Source: Ruminococcus flavefaciens
GTDB taxonomy: Bacteria > Bacillota > Clostridia > Oscillospirales > Ruminococcaceae
Assembly: GCA_015067005.1 (NCBI GenBank)
Contig: SVNH01000007.1
Coordinates: 41,410-105,409 of the forward strand
DNA length: 64,000 nucleotides
Direction of reading: 5' to 3'
Position numbers and translations under genes: made by a program. Below are positions 38,570-47,275 of this stretch, piece after piece; the first letter of the stretch is position 1; the number at the start of each line of letters is the position of its first letter. A model generated the notes under the pieces. That model had not been told where the DNA came from, ran no database searches, and saw nothing but the letters and a program-made list of their open reading frames with translations.

Positions 38570-38697
38570 ATTGATCCTCCTAAAATTGAACTTATTGCTT
38601 CTCTGATGATTTATGCCAGAAAAAAAATTCGCGTTCCACAAAAAGTGAAACGCGTAAACTCACGCGCAGGATATGTACAGTGTTATCTGTACAAAAT

Positions 38698-38860
38698 TGA
38701 TTACAGTGCTGTGAGCGATGCAAATTATGTCTTTCTTAAAGTGTGAGCGAATAAAACGAGTGCCCCAGTGGAAGGGGACACAGGCTCTGTGCTGTGTCAA
38801 CTATATATAATAGATGACAGTGCCGTGAGCGAAAGCAAACTGAGAGCGAAAGCAAACTGA
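38698..38860 (-). repeat. tRNA-trailer repeat element (about 1.5 units) homologous to 4358-4450
   Basis: rc(4358-4450) aligns with 38698-38797: GAT.A.AGTGC.GTGAGCGA..GCA ... AGTG.GA.CGA.TAAAACGAGTGCCCC.TGGAAGGGG.CACAGGC.CTGTGCT. There is also a 17-nt tandem duplication, GAGCGAAAGCAAACTGA x2, at 38827-38860. Confidence 0.8.
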
Positions 38861-38924
38861 CACTTTCATAAAAAATAAGCAGTCCCCGCGAGCGTCAACG
38901 TGGAAGCCCGCGGGGACTCCCCGC

Positions 38925-39000
38925 TGGTGAGACATGAGGGATTTGAACCCTCGACCCTACGCTTAAAAGGCGTATGCTCTACCGACTGAGCTAATGTCTC
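38925..39000 (-). tRNA. tRNA-Lys (anticodon UUU)
   Basis: Hand-folded 76-nt cloverleaf: GAGACAT-TA-GCTC..GAGC, anticodon loop CT-TTT-AA, T arm GAGGGTTCAAATCCCTC, acceptor ATGTCTC-A-CCA. Confidence 0.9.
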
Positions 39001-39012
39001 ACAACAAAATTT

Positions 39013-39041
39013 ATTATATCAAATATCCGCTTAAAAGTCAA
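39013..39041 (-). promoter_or_regulatory. consensus sigma-A promoter for tRNA-Lys
   Basis: On the minus strand: TTGACT, 17 nt, TATAAT. The -10 ends 12 nt upstream of the tRNA 5' end. Confidence 0.7.
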
Positions 39042-39129
39042 GACCTTACGAGCAGTTTTACATATAATCATTTTTATACCAACAAATTGCAGCTACACTT
39101 GTGTAATATAACGATTTTGAAAAAAGATA

Positions 39130-39158
39130 TTGACTTTTGTTCCTGTACATGATATAAT
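39130..39158 (+). promoter_or_regulatory. consensus sigma-A promoter for tRNA-Arg(ACG)
   Basis: TTGACT (39130-39135), 17 nt, TATAAT (39153-39158). Confidence 0.7.
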
Positions 39159-39175
39159 ATTTAAGTCGTCAAGAT

Positions 39176-39252
39176 GTGCTTGTAGCTCAGCTGGATAGAG
39201 TGACTGGCTACGAACCAGTAGGTCGGGGGTTCGAATCCCTCCAGGCACGCCA
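39176..39252 (+). tRNA. tRNA-Arg (anticodon ACG)
   Basis: Hand-folded 77-nt cloverleaf: GTGCTTG-TA-GCTC..., anticodon loop CT-ACG-AA, T arm GGGGGTTCGAATCCCTC, CAGGCAC-G-CCA. Confidence 0.9.
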
Positions 39253-39285
39253 AACCCTGTTGTATTTTTCAGCAGGGTTTTTCTT
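39253..39285 (+). terminator. intrinsic terminator after tRNA-Arg(ACG)
   Basis: AAACCCTG...CAGGGTTT stem followed by TTCTT. Confidence 0.65.
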
Positions 39286-39309
39286 ATATCAGAATTGTGA
39301 GGTGCAGTT

Positions 39310-39792
39310 ATGAAGAGAAATGACTACATAGGCTGGGATGATTATTTCATGGGCATTGCCATGCTCTCTGCAGAAAGAAGTAAGGATTCAAATACACAGG
39401 TCGGTGCCTGTATCGTCAACTCCGAGAATAAGATCGTTTCAGTTGGCTATAATGGTATGCCAACAGGCTGCTCCGATGACGATATGCCGTGGGAACGCTC
39501 AGCTGATTCCCCTCTTGATACAAAGTATCCCTACGTCTGCCATGCTGAACTCAACGCTATACTGAACAGTAATATCGGCAACCTTTCAGGCTGTACAGTT
39601 TATGTGACTCTCTTCCCGTGCAATGAGTGTGCAAAAGCTATCATACAATCCGGCATAAAGAGAGTAGTTTACTATGACAATAAGTATGCTGATTCTGACA
39701 GCACTAAAGCTTCAGCATTCCTCTTTAAAATGTGCGGCGTAACTTTTGAAGAGTATCATCCTAGCGGAAAGACTGTGACGCTTTCCTTATGA
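39310..39792 (+). CDS. comEB: dCMP deaminase (ComEB-type)
   Basis: Zinc motifs CHAELNAI and PCNECAKAI; 160 aa. Confidence 0.9.
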   Translation: MKRNDYIGWDDYFMGIAMLSAERSKDSNTQVGACIVNSENKIVSVGYNGMPTGCSDDDMPWERSADSPLDTKYPYVCHAELNAILNSNIGNLSGCTVYVTLFPCNECAKAIIQSGIKRVVYYDNKYADSDSTKASAFLFKMCGVTFEEYHPSGKTVTLSL

Positions 39793-39818
39793 TCACGCAC
39801 CAATTCTGTAAATAAATC

Positions 39819-39850
39819 AAGCCCCGAAGCTATTGCTTCGGGGCTTTGTT
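39819..39850. terminator. bidirectional terminator between convergent genes
   Basis: AAGCCCCGAAGC-TATT-GCTTCGGGGCTT perfect 12-bp stem followed by TGTT. Confidence 0.75.
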
Positions 39851-39888
39851 ATTAATAATGTATCAACTATTTTTTCAGCATTACACAG

Positions 39889-41523
39889 TCAGTTGCGTAT
39901 CTGCTTTGCTACAAGGCTCTCTCCGCAGTAGATCTCACGAAGCTTCGGCTTCTCGATCTTGCCGGTAGGATTACGCGGTACATCCGCAAAAATAAGCTTA
40001 TGAGGTCTCTTGTATCTCGGAAGCTTATGGCAGAACTCGTTGATGTCTTCCTCTGTGCAGGTCATGCCCTCCTTAACAGAGATTATTGCTGCTGCTATCT
40101 CTCCGAGACGCTTATCAGGAAGTCCTATTACAGCTACGTCCTTTATAGCCGGATGTGCTCTGAGGAAGTCCTCGATCTGTACCGGATAGAGGTTCTCACC
40201 GCCGCTGATAATTACGTCTTTCTTACGGTCAACGAGGTAAATGAAACCGTCCTCATCCTCCTGCGCCATATCTCCGGTAAGCAGCCAGCCGTCCTTGAGT
40301 GTGTCAGCTGTTGCCTTTTCATCGCGGTAATAGCAGGTCATAACACCGGGGCCTTTGACGTAAAGCTCACCGACCTCGCCGCGCTGTACTGTTTTTCCGT
40401 TTTCGTCTGCTATCTTTACTTCCCAGCCATAGCCAGCCTTGCCGATAGCACCGACCTTGTGTATATTCTCAACTCCGAGATGTACACATCCGGGACCGAT
40501 AGACTCGCTGAGTCCGTAATTTGTATCGTACTGATGATTCGGGAATATTGCTTTCCAGCGTGATATCAGCGATGGCGGTACAGGCTGAGCGCCTATGTGC
40601 ATAAGTCTCCACTGATCGAGTTTATACTTGCTGAGGTCAATGTCTCCTCTGTCGATAGCATCAAGTATATCCTGCGCCCACGGTACAAGCAGCCATACTA
40701 TCGTACAGCCCTCATTTGATACGGCATCGAGTATTACCTTTGGCTTTATGCCCTTGAGGAGAACTGCTTTGCTTCCGGAATAGAGGCTGCCGAACCAGTG
40801 CATTTTTGCACCTGTATGATAAAGAGGCGGAATGCAGAGGAATATATCGTCACGAGTCTGTCCGTGATGATTCTGCTCGACCCTTGCCGAATGCATAAGG
40901 CTCTCATGATTATGAAGGATAGCCTTCGGAAATCCTGTCGTACCGGATGAGAAATAGATAGCCGCATTATCCTGATCGGTAAGTTCTATTTCAGGCTTTT
41001 CACTTGTACAGTTTGCGACAAGGCTGTCATAATGCTCTGCAAATGTCGGACAGCCCTCGCCTACGTAGAAAAGCAAGCGGTTGCGGCTTATCTCATCAGC
41101 TATCTCCTCAACACGTCCTATAAATTCAGGTCCGAACATAAGTACATCTACTTCAGCAAGATCGAGACAATATTTTATCTCGTCGGAAGTATAGCGGTAA
41201 TTAAGCGGAACTGCAAGTGCGCCTGTCTTGAGGATACCAAAATATATAGGAAGCCACTCCAGACAGTTCATAAGCAGGATGCCTACTTTATCGCCCTTAT
41301 GTACTCCCCTTTCAAGGAGAAGATTTGCGAAACGATTAGCCTTTTCATCAAAAACTTTCCATGTTATCTCACGTCTGTAATGGGATACCGGATCCGGTTC
41401 TATCAGTTCATAATCCTTCCATGTAACACGTCTTACCTCACTGATCTCAGGGTTTACTTCGACAAGTGCTACATCACCGCCATAAAGCTCGGCGTTTCTT
41501 TCAAGTAATTCAGTAATCGGCAT
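39889..41523 (-). CDS. AMP-dependent acyl-CoA synthetase/ligase
   Basis: AMP-binding motif YFSSGTTGFPKA, plus GELYVKGPGVM, TGDMA and a C-terminal PRNPTGKIEK. Confidence 0.85.
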   Translation of the reverse strand: MPITELLERNAELYGGDVALVEVNPEISEVRRVTWKDYELIEPDPVSHYRREITWKVFDEKANRFANLLLERGVHKGDKVGILLMNCLEWLPIYFGILKTGALAVPLNYRYTSDEIKYCLDLAEVDVLMFGPEFIGRVEEIADEISRNRLLFYVGEGCPTFAEHYDSLVANCTSEKPEIELTDQDNAAIYFSSGTTGFPKAILHNHESLMHSARVEQNHHGQTRDDIFLCIPPLYHTGAKMHWFGSLYSGSKAVLLKGIKPKVILDAVSNEGCTIVWLLVPWAQDILDAIDRGDIDLSKYKLDQWRLMHIGAQPVPPSLISRWKAIFPNHQYDTNYGLSESIGPGCVHLGVENIHKVGAIGKAGYGWEVKIADENGKTVQRGEVGELYVKGPGVMTCYYRDEKATADTLKDGWLLTGDMAQEDEDGFIYLVDRKKDVIISGGENLYPVQIEDFLRAHPAIKDVAVIGLPDKRLGEIAAAIISVKEGMTCTEEDINEFCHKLPRYKRPHKLIFADVPRNPTGKIEKPKLREIYCGESLVAKQIRN

Positions 41524-41654
41524 TTATAATAGTTCCTTTCAGAGTTGTCAAATACTGCCGCGTTCAGACGCAGCGCAAAAAACTATTATTATTTTAACAC
41601 AAAAAAGCGAAAAAGTAAAGCAATTTTGCATATCATTTTTCACAAATCGCAGTC

Positions 41655-43709
41655 TTAATTTTCAGCACCTTCACCAATATACAGCATTCTCTTCAACAGG
41701 CACAGATCATATACATCAAGCTTGTAATTCTCGTTGAGATCCGCTGCTGTCCAGTTTTTCACGCCTTCCTCTTTGCCTTTGAGCAGATATTGCTGGAGAG
41801 TGACCACATCCGCCACTGAAACTTCCCCGTCCTCATTGATGTCGCCGTAGATATATGTGCTCGGCTTCCAGAGATCAGTGAGCCAGTTTTTACGCTTTTC
41901 AATAAAGCTGCGTACCATCTCCACTGAATCAATAAAGTCCTTACCGCTCGATGAACCGAAAACTGTATAGTCTTTTCCGCCGTAGGTATGCCATTCTGCG
42001 TTGCTCATTTCTGCGGAAGAACGTATACTTTCAGCTAACTGCATTATGTAAGGATCATCACCTGATACAAGCTGTGTCAGATAAGGCTCAAAATACTTGA
42101 AATAAGCATTTGCAGTACGTCTTACATAACTGGCATTCTTGTAGATTTGTCCGAGCCAGCTGTAACCAGCAACAGGTTTGCCGTCAGCATATCCCAAAAC
42201 CGGAAAATATGCCGCAAAGAGATTATCCGCCTTGTAGGAATATCCCCTGTTACCGTCGGCATTACTGCGGGACTGAGGAAAATTATCATAAGCAAAATCG
42301 TAATCCCACGGAGGTCCGAAATGCAGCTTGCCATCGCCTTTGGTGTCGGATTCCTTCCAGAAGTAGAAGCTTGAATAGGTAGCGTCGATATTCATTGTTA
42401 TCTCTTCCGTAAGATACGCCTTTATCAGCGAATCAAGATCAATATACTCGGTAAAGTGCTTACCCTTTGCATTATATCCATCCTCTGAATACAATGCATC
42501 TTCCATATCCTGTACAAAGCTGCGGATATACTCGACCTGTGCTTTTGAAGCATATTCAGGACCGTCTATCTGTATAGGCTGTCCGCGCGATGTGACAAAT
42601 CCGCTGTCTGCCTTTGTGCCGTATCTGTTCCACTGCTGGAACTGGAGAAGATAACCGCCCGTGATGTCATCGGGATCGTTGGGAATATCATAGTATTTAT
42701 AGCTGTTTGCAGTTGAGTCCTTGACACTGTCGGCTCCGACTACCTTACGCGGATACTCATCGAGATCCTTCTCATTGAGCTTTTCTGTTATTTCTTCAAG
42801 GTCGGTTATATTCACGCGGTTCTTCTGAACCTGCACCCTTTCACACAGCTGATAAGTTCCGCGATAGGAGCCGTCAGCATAAAGATCTATAAATACAGAA
42901 TCACCTACAAAATCAATATCAGCCGACTTGCACATTTCTTCGGTGATCTTATTTCTTAACATGGAATGATCCATGTAATTTGAAAGCAATATCCACTTCT
43001 TGGCTTTCCCCATGCCGTAAAGATCAGCTTTTTTGGGCAATTTAAGGTTATATGGCTTTTTCTTGCTGTAATCCCAAGATGAATTTCCATGAGAGGAAAG
43101 CTTTGCAAACTCGCCGCTGTATTCGGTCTTACCTTCAGCATTGAGCATAAGTACCGTTCCGTTTTCCTCTGAATAATTCAAGTACCTGTAAGTAGTGTCG
43201 AGGGTATCAAGTCCGCCGGTCTTAGTCGAAATGTATATACAGCCAAGTTCAGACTGCATTACGTGCAGCTTGCCGCAGTCTGTATCGCCTACCCTCAGCG
43301 TGAATTCATCCCCCTCACTGAGTATGGATGTTTTCTCGCCTGACTTCACTTCCTTATCATTGAGATAGATCACATCATCTGCCGTATACTCAATAGTCAA
43401 AGAACTGCGGTCCGCTGTTGAGGGCAGGAAAATGTAGTGTGAATCATCCCACTGACTGTAAAACAGGTCTACGTAGTCAAGATCCGTTGAGACCAGAGGT
43501 GAAATATCATCAACTCTGAAACTGCTCACCGGTATATCGGCGTATAACTTCTCTGTATCTTCTTCGCCGGCAGTCTTTTCAGCTGCTATAACACTCTGAG
43601 CAAGATCAGCGGCACCAGTTTCCGCAGCAAGTGCGGAAAGCGGATTCTGAAGCATGGCCGCCGATATTAAGCCGCTGCATAGAAGCCTAAATATATTCCT
43701 TTTATTCAT
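41655..43709 (-). CDS. secreted CotH-family (atypical kinase-like) protein with C-terminal dockerin
   Basis: Signal peptide. CotH-like core: KKPYNLKLPKK..KKWILLSNYMDHSMLRNK. C-terminal dockerin: GDINEDGEVSVADVVTLQQYLL...ADLNENYKLDVYDLCLLKRML. Confidence 0.65.
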   Translation of the reverse strand: MNKRNIFRLLCSGLISAAMLQNPLSALAAETGAADLAQSVIAAEKTAGEEDTEKLYADIPVSSFRVDDISPLVSTDLDYVDLFYSQWDDSHYIFLPSTADRSSLTIEYTADDVIYLNDKEVKSGEKTSILSEGDEFTLRVGDTDCGKLHVMQSELGCIYISTKTGGLDTLDTTYRYLNYSEENGTVLMLNAEGKTEYSGEFAKLSSHGNSSWDYSKKKPYNLKLPKKADLYGMGKAKKWILLSNYMDHSMLRNKITEEMCKSADIDFVGDSVFIDLYADGSYRGTYQLCERVQVQKNRVNITDLEEITEKLNEKDLDEYPRKVVGADSVKDSTANSYKYYDIPNDPDDITGGYLLQFQQWNRYGTKADSGFVTSRGQPIQIDGPEYASKAQVEYIRSFVQDMEDALYSEDGYNAKGKHFTEYIDLDSLIKAYLTEEITMNIDATYSSFYFWKESDTKGDGKLHFGPPWDYDFAYDNFPQSRSNADGNRGYSYKADNLFAAYFPVLGYADGKPVAGYSWLGQIYKNASYVRRTANAYFKYFEPYLTQLVSGDDPYIMQLAESIRSSAEMSNAEWHTYGGKDYTVFGSSSGKDFIDSVEMVRSFIEKRKNWLTDLWKPSTYIYGDINEDGEVSVADVVTLQQYLLKGKEEGVKNWTAADLNENYKLDVYDLCLLKRMLYIGEGAEN

Positions 43710-43951
43710 TGTTTTTCACTCCCTGATAGACACTATATCATAATTGTTATTAAAAGTATATCACTTGCAGCGATAATTGTCAAATATAAATATTTTGTCA
43801 TTAAAGCAGCTGTAATTGTAAATTTTTTGTAAACGCCTATATATAGCCATTTATGGGAATTGACAATAAGCATTCCCTATTGTATTTTTTTATCTTTTAT
43901 GATAAAATATAGTTATACCAAACAATTTCTATTCAAAAAGGGGGAATCTAT

Positions 43952-45079
43952 ATGCCAAAATTCTGCAAGGTCTGTGGAAAAGAAATACTTGACGGCTCTC
44001 AGTTCTGTATCGGATGCGGTACTAAAGTTGAACCTGATATTCAGCCTGCACCGGAAGTTATCCAGCCGGCAAATCCACCAGCTGATATATCATCCTCTGC
44101 ACCAAACAGCATAAACAAATTCTGTAAGAAATGCAATACCCCTCTCGCAGATGACGACGTTTTCTGCTACGTTTGCGGAACTCCGGTAGAATCCCCGCCC
44201 CCTGCTCCAGCGCCTCAGAATGCCGTTCAGCCGCCTCCGCCTCAGTTCCAACAACAGCCGCCTCAGTACCAACAGCAGCCTCAGTTCCAGCAGTCTCAAA
44301 ACAAAGGAAGCAAGGCGCCGATAATAATTGCAGTTATTTCGGCTATTATCGCCGTTGCTGCTATTGCAGTTCTGCTCGTGCTTCTTCTTAAAGGTAAGGG
44401 CGACGACAGCTCCGATACCTCCTCGGCAAAATCAACTGCCAGCAGCACGGCTTCTGCCGTCTCAACTGATGCTTCTTCAAGCAATACGACCACCGCCGCA
44501 GAAACTGTCTCAACCACTGCAACATCTGCTGCAACGACTACAACTGCGGCAACTACCACAACTGCTCCGGAAACCTCAGTCGTAACAACTGAGCCGACTG
44601 AGACCTCACCTGTTCCTTCGCCGCAGGATTACTCTACCTCTGAACGTCCTAACCTTGAAGAATTTGCATGGTTCGATAACTCTGTCGCAAAGGGCAATCC
44701 TCCTTCAAATGCTGTATATTATGATGATCTTACGCCTTTTATCGGTGATTGGAAGGGTATCATCATATTCGATATGGACAGAACTCTAAACTCATATTAT
44801 CAGTGTCTCCTGAACGCAAAACTTGATTACGGTCAGGACAATATCACCCTTACCCTCGACTGGTACAGATATATCCCGGAATTCTCAGAATGGGAAGATA
44901 TGAGCAGTGTGCCGGATGACGTCCTGAGCGGATATATGTGGGGCGGCGGTATCAAAGTGAACGGCTCGATAGAGGTCGTTATCGACTGCTTCTATGAATG
45001 TGACGGCAAGCAGTATGCTATCGGTCAAGTTACTACATATGACGGTTCTAAGGCTTATATCGGTTTGGTACGTCCATAA
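43952..45079 (+). CDS. double zinc-ribbon / PQ-rich / single-TM / Ser-Thr-rich membrane protein
   Basis: CKVCGKEILDGSQFCIGCG and CKKCNTPLADDDVFCYVCG ribbons; QPPPPQFQQQPPQYQQQPQFQQ; TM helix APIIIAVISAIIAVAAIAVLLVLLL; S/T-rich linker; ~160-aa extracytoplasmic domain. Confidence 0.7.
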   Translation: MPKFCKVCGKEILDGSQFCIGCGTKVEPDIQPAPEVIQPANPPADISSSAPNSINKFCKKCNTPLADDDVFCYVCGTPVESPPPAPAPQNAVQPPPPQFQQQPPQYQQQPQFQQSQNKGSKAPIIIAVISAIIAVAAIAVLLVLLLKGKGDDSSDTSSAKSTASSTASAVSTDASSSNTTTAAETVSTTATSAATTTTAATTTTAPETSVVTTEPTETSPVPSPQDYSTSERPNLEEFAWFDNSVAKGNPPSNAVYYDDLTPFIGDWKGIIIFDMDRTLNSYYQCLLNAKLDYGQDNITLTLDWYRYIPEFSEWEDMSSVPDDVLSGYMWGGGIKVNGSIEVVIDCFYECDGKQYAIGQVTTYDGSKAYIGLVRP

Positions 45080-45097
45080 AAATCGGTAAACAGATGC

Positions 45098-45129
45098 ACA
45101 GGCATTCCACAAGGAATGCCTGTTATTTT
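45098..45129 (+). terminator. intrinsic terminator
   Basis: ACAGGCATTCC-ACAA-GGAATGCCTGT followed by TATTTT. Confidence 0.75.
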
Positions 45130-45167
45130 GTTCAGAAACCGCTGAAAAAAATTTTTTCATTTCCCTC

Positions 45168-45196
45168 TTGACAAATCTGATTTGTTAGTATATAAT
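45168..45196 (+). promoter_or_regulatory. consensus sigma-A promoter of the second TetR gene
   Basis: TTGACA (45168-45173), 17 nt, TATAAT (45191-45196). Confidence 0.7.
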
Positions 45197-45201
45197 ATAC
45201 A

Positions 45202-45228
45202 CAACAAATGTTGCGCAACAGCTGTTGC
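45202..45228. promoter_or_regulatory. two tandem CAACA-NN-TGTTG palindromes (putative TetR operators)
   Basis: CAACAAATGTTG (45202-45213) and GCAACAGCTGTTGC (45215-45228, a perfect 14-bp palindrome) lie between the -10 box and the SD. Confidence 0.55.
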
Positions 45229-45244
45229 ATAGGAGATGAACATT

Positions 45245-45868
45245 ATGCCGCCTAAAACAAAATTCACTAAAGAAGAAATAATCAGCGCCGCTCTTGAAGT
45301 CGTCAGAACTAAAGGCAGCGAAGGTCTTACAGCGCGCGAAGTAGCTGCTGTTCTCGGAGTTTCTACACGTCCAATATTCACTTATTATGCCTCTATGGAC
45401 GATCTCAGGCGGGATGTCTACATTGCAGCCAAAGACATCCACAAAGAATATATCAGGAACGGATTACAGCAGAAGATACCATTTCTCGGTGTCGGTTTGC
45501 AGTATATCGCCTTTGCCAAGGAAGAGCCTGAGCTGTATAAGCTGCTGTACCTCACAAAACCTGACGGAGTAACAGGCGGTGCTATGGAATCGCTGAAAAT
45601 GTCACAGGACATGGTAAGGGATTCGATAATGAGCATATACAATCTCGACTCCTTCACTGCCGACTGCTACTACCGCGATCTATGGCTGACAGTTTATAGC
45701 TTCGCTACGATGATCGTCACAGGTGAATCCGGCTTCACCGAAGAACAGATGAGCGCTGTACTCTCTGAGTTGAGCCTTTCTGTCTGCAAGGCTTATAAGG
45801 AAATCCCCGGTCTGCCATACGGCGATTATGATAAAGACGCTATTTTCAGAGAGTTGGTGAAAAAATAA
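45245..45868 (+). CDS. TetR/AcrR family transcriptional regulator
   Basis: HTH: IISAALEVVRTKGSEGLTAREVAAVLGVSTRPIFTYY. ATG 45245 is preferred because GGAG lies 9 nt upstream; the track start at 45236 abuts the SD. Confidence 0.8.
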   Translation: MPPKTKFTKEEIISAALEVVRTKGSEGLTAREVAAVLGVSTRPIFTYYASMDDLRRDVYIAAKDIHKEYIRNGLQQKIPFLGVGLQYIAFAKEEPELYKLLYLTKPDGVTGGAMESLKMSQDMVRDSIMSIYNLDSFTADCYYRDLWLTVYSFATMIVTGESGFTEEQMSAVLSELSLSVCKAYKEIPGLPYGDYDKDAIFRELVKK

Positions 45869-45920
45869 TTACAGGACTATCAACTCTGATCAATTTTATA
45901 AAAATGAAAGGTAATGTATC

Positions 45921-46664
45921 ATGAACAAAAAATCTACACTCATTATCGCTATGCTTACAGGTGCTTTACTTACAGGCTGCGGCAGTTCAGTAAGCACTGC
46001 ATCTTCAAATAACTCTTCAACTGCTAAGGCTTCGTCATCCGAAGCTTCCTCGGCTGCTGTTACGACCTCCGAAAACCTCCCGGCAACCTCTGCCCAGCAG
46101 AACTCTGAAACTGCCGCTCAGAATACGGAAGACATCGCTCCCTCAGCTGCGACCAAAGCTGCTGTCACAGTTAATACTGAAAACAAAGTCCCTGATCCCA
46201 ATGCACCTTCTCAGGCTGTCGCAGTCGAAATGCTGAATACAGTCAATTCTGTTGAAAAAATAGCCTCCGGCGGACTTCAGTTCGATGAATCACAGTCTTA
46301 TACTGATCCTAACGGCAATGTTTACTATAAGTGTACTGAATCAAACTATGATTCAGTACACAGGATAAGCCGGATGATGCATAGATTCCTTACACCTGAA
46401 TTCATCAGCCGTGATTATTCGTTTATTCTCGATTCTGATGCACCTTTATGCATTGATGTCGACGGCGTTCTGTATGTCCGGAATCAGCCAAGAGGCGCAC
46501 GCTTCCATTACTCCGGCGGAAAAGTTACGATAGAGAAATCCTTTGAAGGCGGGTACTCTGTTCTGGCTGAATATGATAACTACGGCTCAAAGGAAACTGC
46601 CGATCTCCAGATAGTTTTCGCTGACGGACACTGGATGGTCAGCGGACTTACATTAGGGATATAA
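45921..46664 (+). CDS. lipoprotein of unknown function
   Basis: Lipobox LLTGC, followed by a Ser/Ala-rich linker and a ~140-aa globular domain. Confidence 0.6.
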   Translation: MNKKSTLIIAMLTGALLTGCGSSVSTASSNNSSTAKASSSEASSAAVTTSENLPATSAQQNSETAAQNTEDIAPSAATKAAVTVNTENKVPDPNAPSQAVAVEMLNTVNSVEKIASGGLQFDESQSYTDPNGNVYYKCTESNYDSVHRISRMMHRFLTPEFISRDYSFILDSDAPLCIDVDGVLYVRNQPRGARFHYSGGKVTIEKSFEGGYSVLAEYDNYGSKETADLQIVFADGHWMVSGLTLGI

Positions 46665-46668
46665 TTTT

Positions 46669-46702
46669 AAGGCTGCATGAATCATTATCATGCAGCCTTT
46701 TT
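46669..46702. terminator. bidirectional terminator
   Basis: AAGGCTGCATGA...TCATGCAGCCTT 12-bp stem followed by TTT. Confidence 0.75.
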
Positions 46703-46715
46703 GCCTGCTCCTCAT

Positions 46716-46985
46716 TTATATTACATCGAAACTGTAATCACCGTGTACAGGTATGCTGTCAGCTTCTATCCTTTCAACACTCCCCCATGAGTGATTTTCA
46801 AGCGCTTCGATAAGATCATCAATGTCACGCGGAGTTCCTTCCGCTTCCATTTCAACCGAGCCGTCAGGAAGATTTTTAACCCAACCGCTTATGCCAAGTC
46901 TGCGCGCTGTATTGCTTGCTTTCCAGCGGAATCCTACTCCCTGAACGTAACCATAGAATTTGATATGTCTGCGTATCTTTTCCAT
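46716..46985 (-). CDS. acyP: acylphosphatase
   Basis: 89 aa with the GYVQGVGFRW and GWVKNLPDGSVE signatures. Confidence 0.9.
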   Translation of the reverse strand: MEKIRRHIKFYGYVQGVGFRWKASNTARRLGISGWVKNLPDGSVEMEAEGTPRDIDDLIEALENHSWGSVERIEADSIPVHGDYSFDVI

Positions 46986-47201
46986 TATGCAGCTCCTGTT
47001 CCATTATTATATAATTATTATACCACATTTTTCAGCAGACTTCAATGCCTTCTTACAATCACCTCATCAGGCACTTTTAATTTGACTTTTAATTTTCCAT
47101 ATGATATGATTTATTCTGAATCTGCAATCAACACATATTTTCAAAATCAAACTTAATGATTTCTTAATTTTATATAACGTATTATAGGCGTAAACAAGCA
47201 C

Positions 47202-47224
47202 TTTACACACATTTTACACACAAT
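47202..47224. repeat. attL core candidate
   Basis: TTTACACACATTTTACACACAAT is identical to 61438-61461 except for a single A indel. Confidence 0.75.
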
Positions 47225-47275
47225 CTTATACAAAAACACCCCTCCGAGGACTGAACCTCAGAGGGGATTTTTGTA

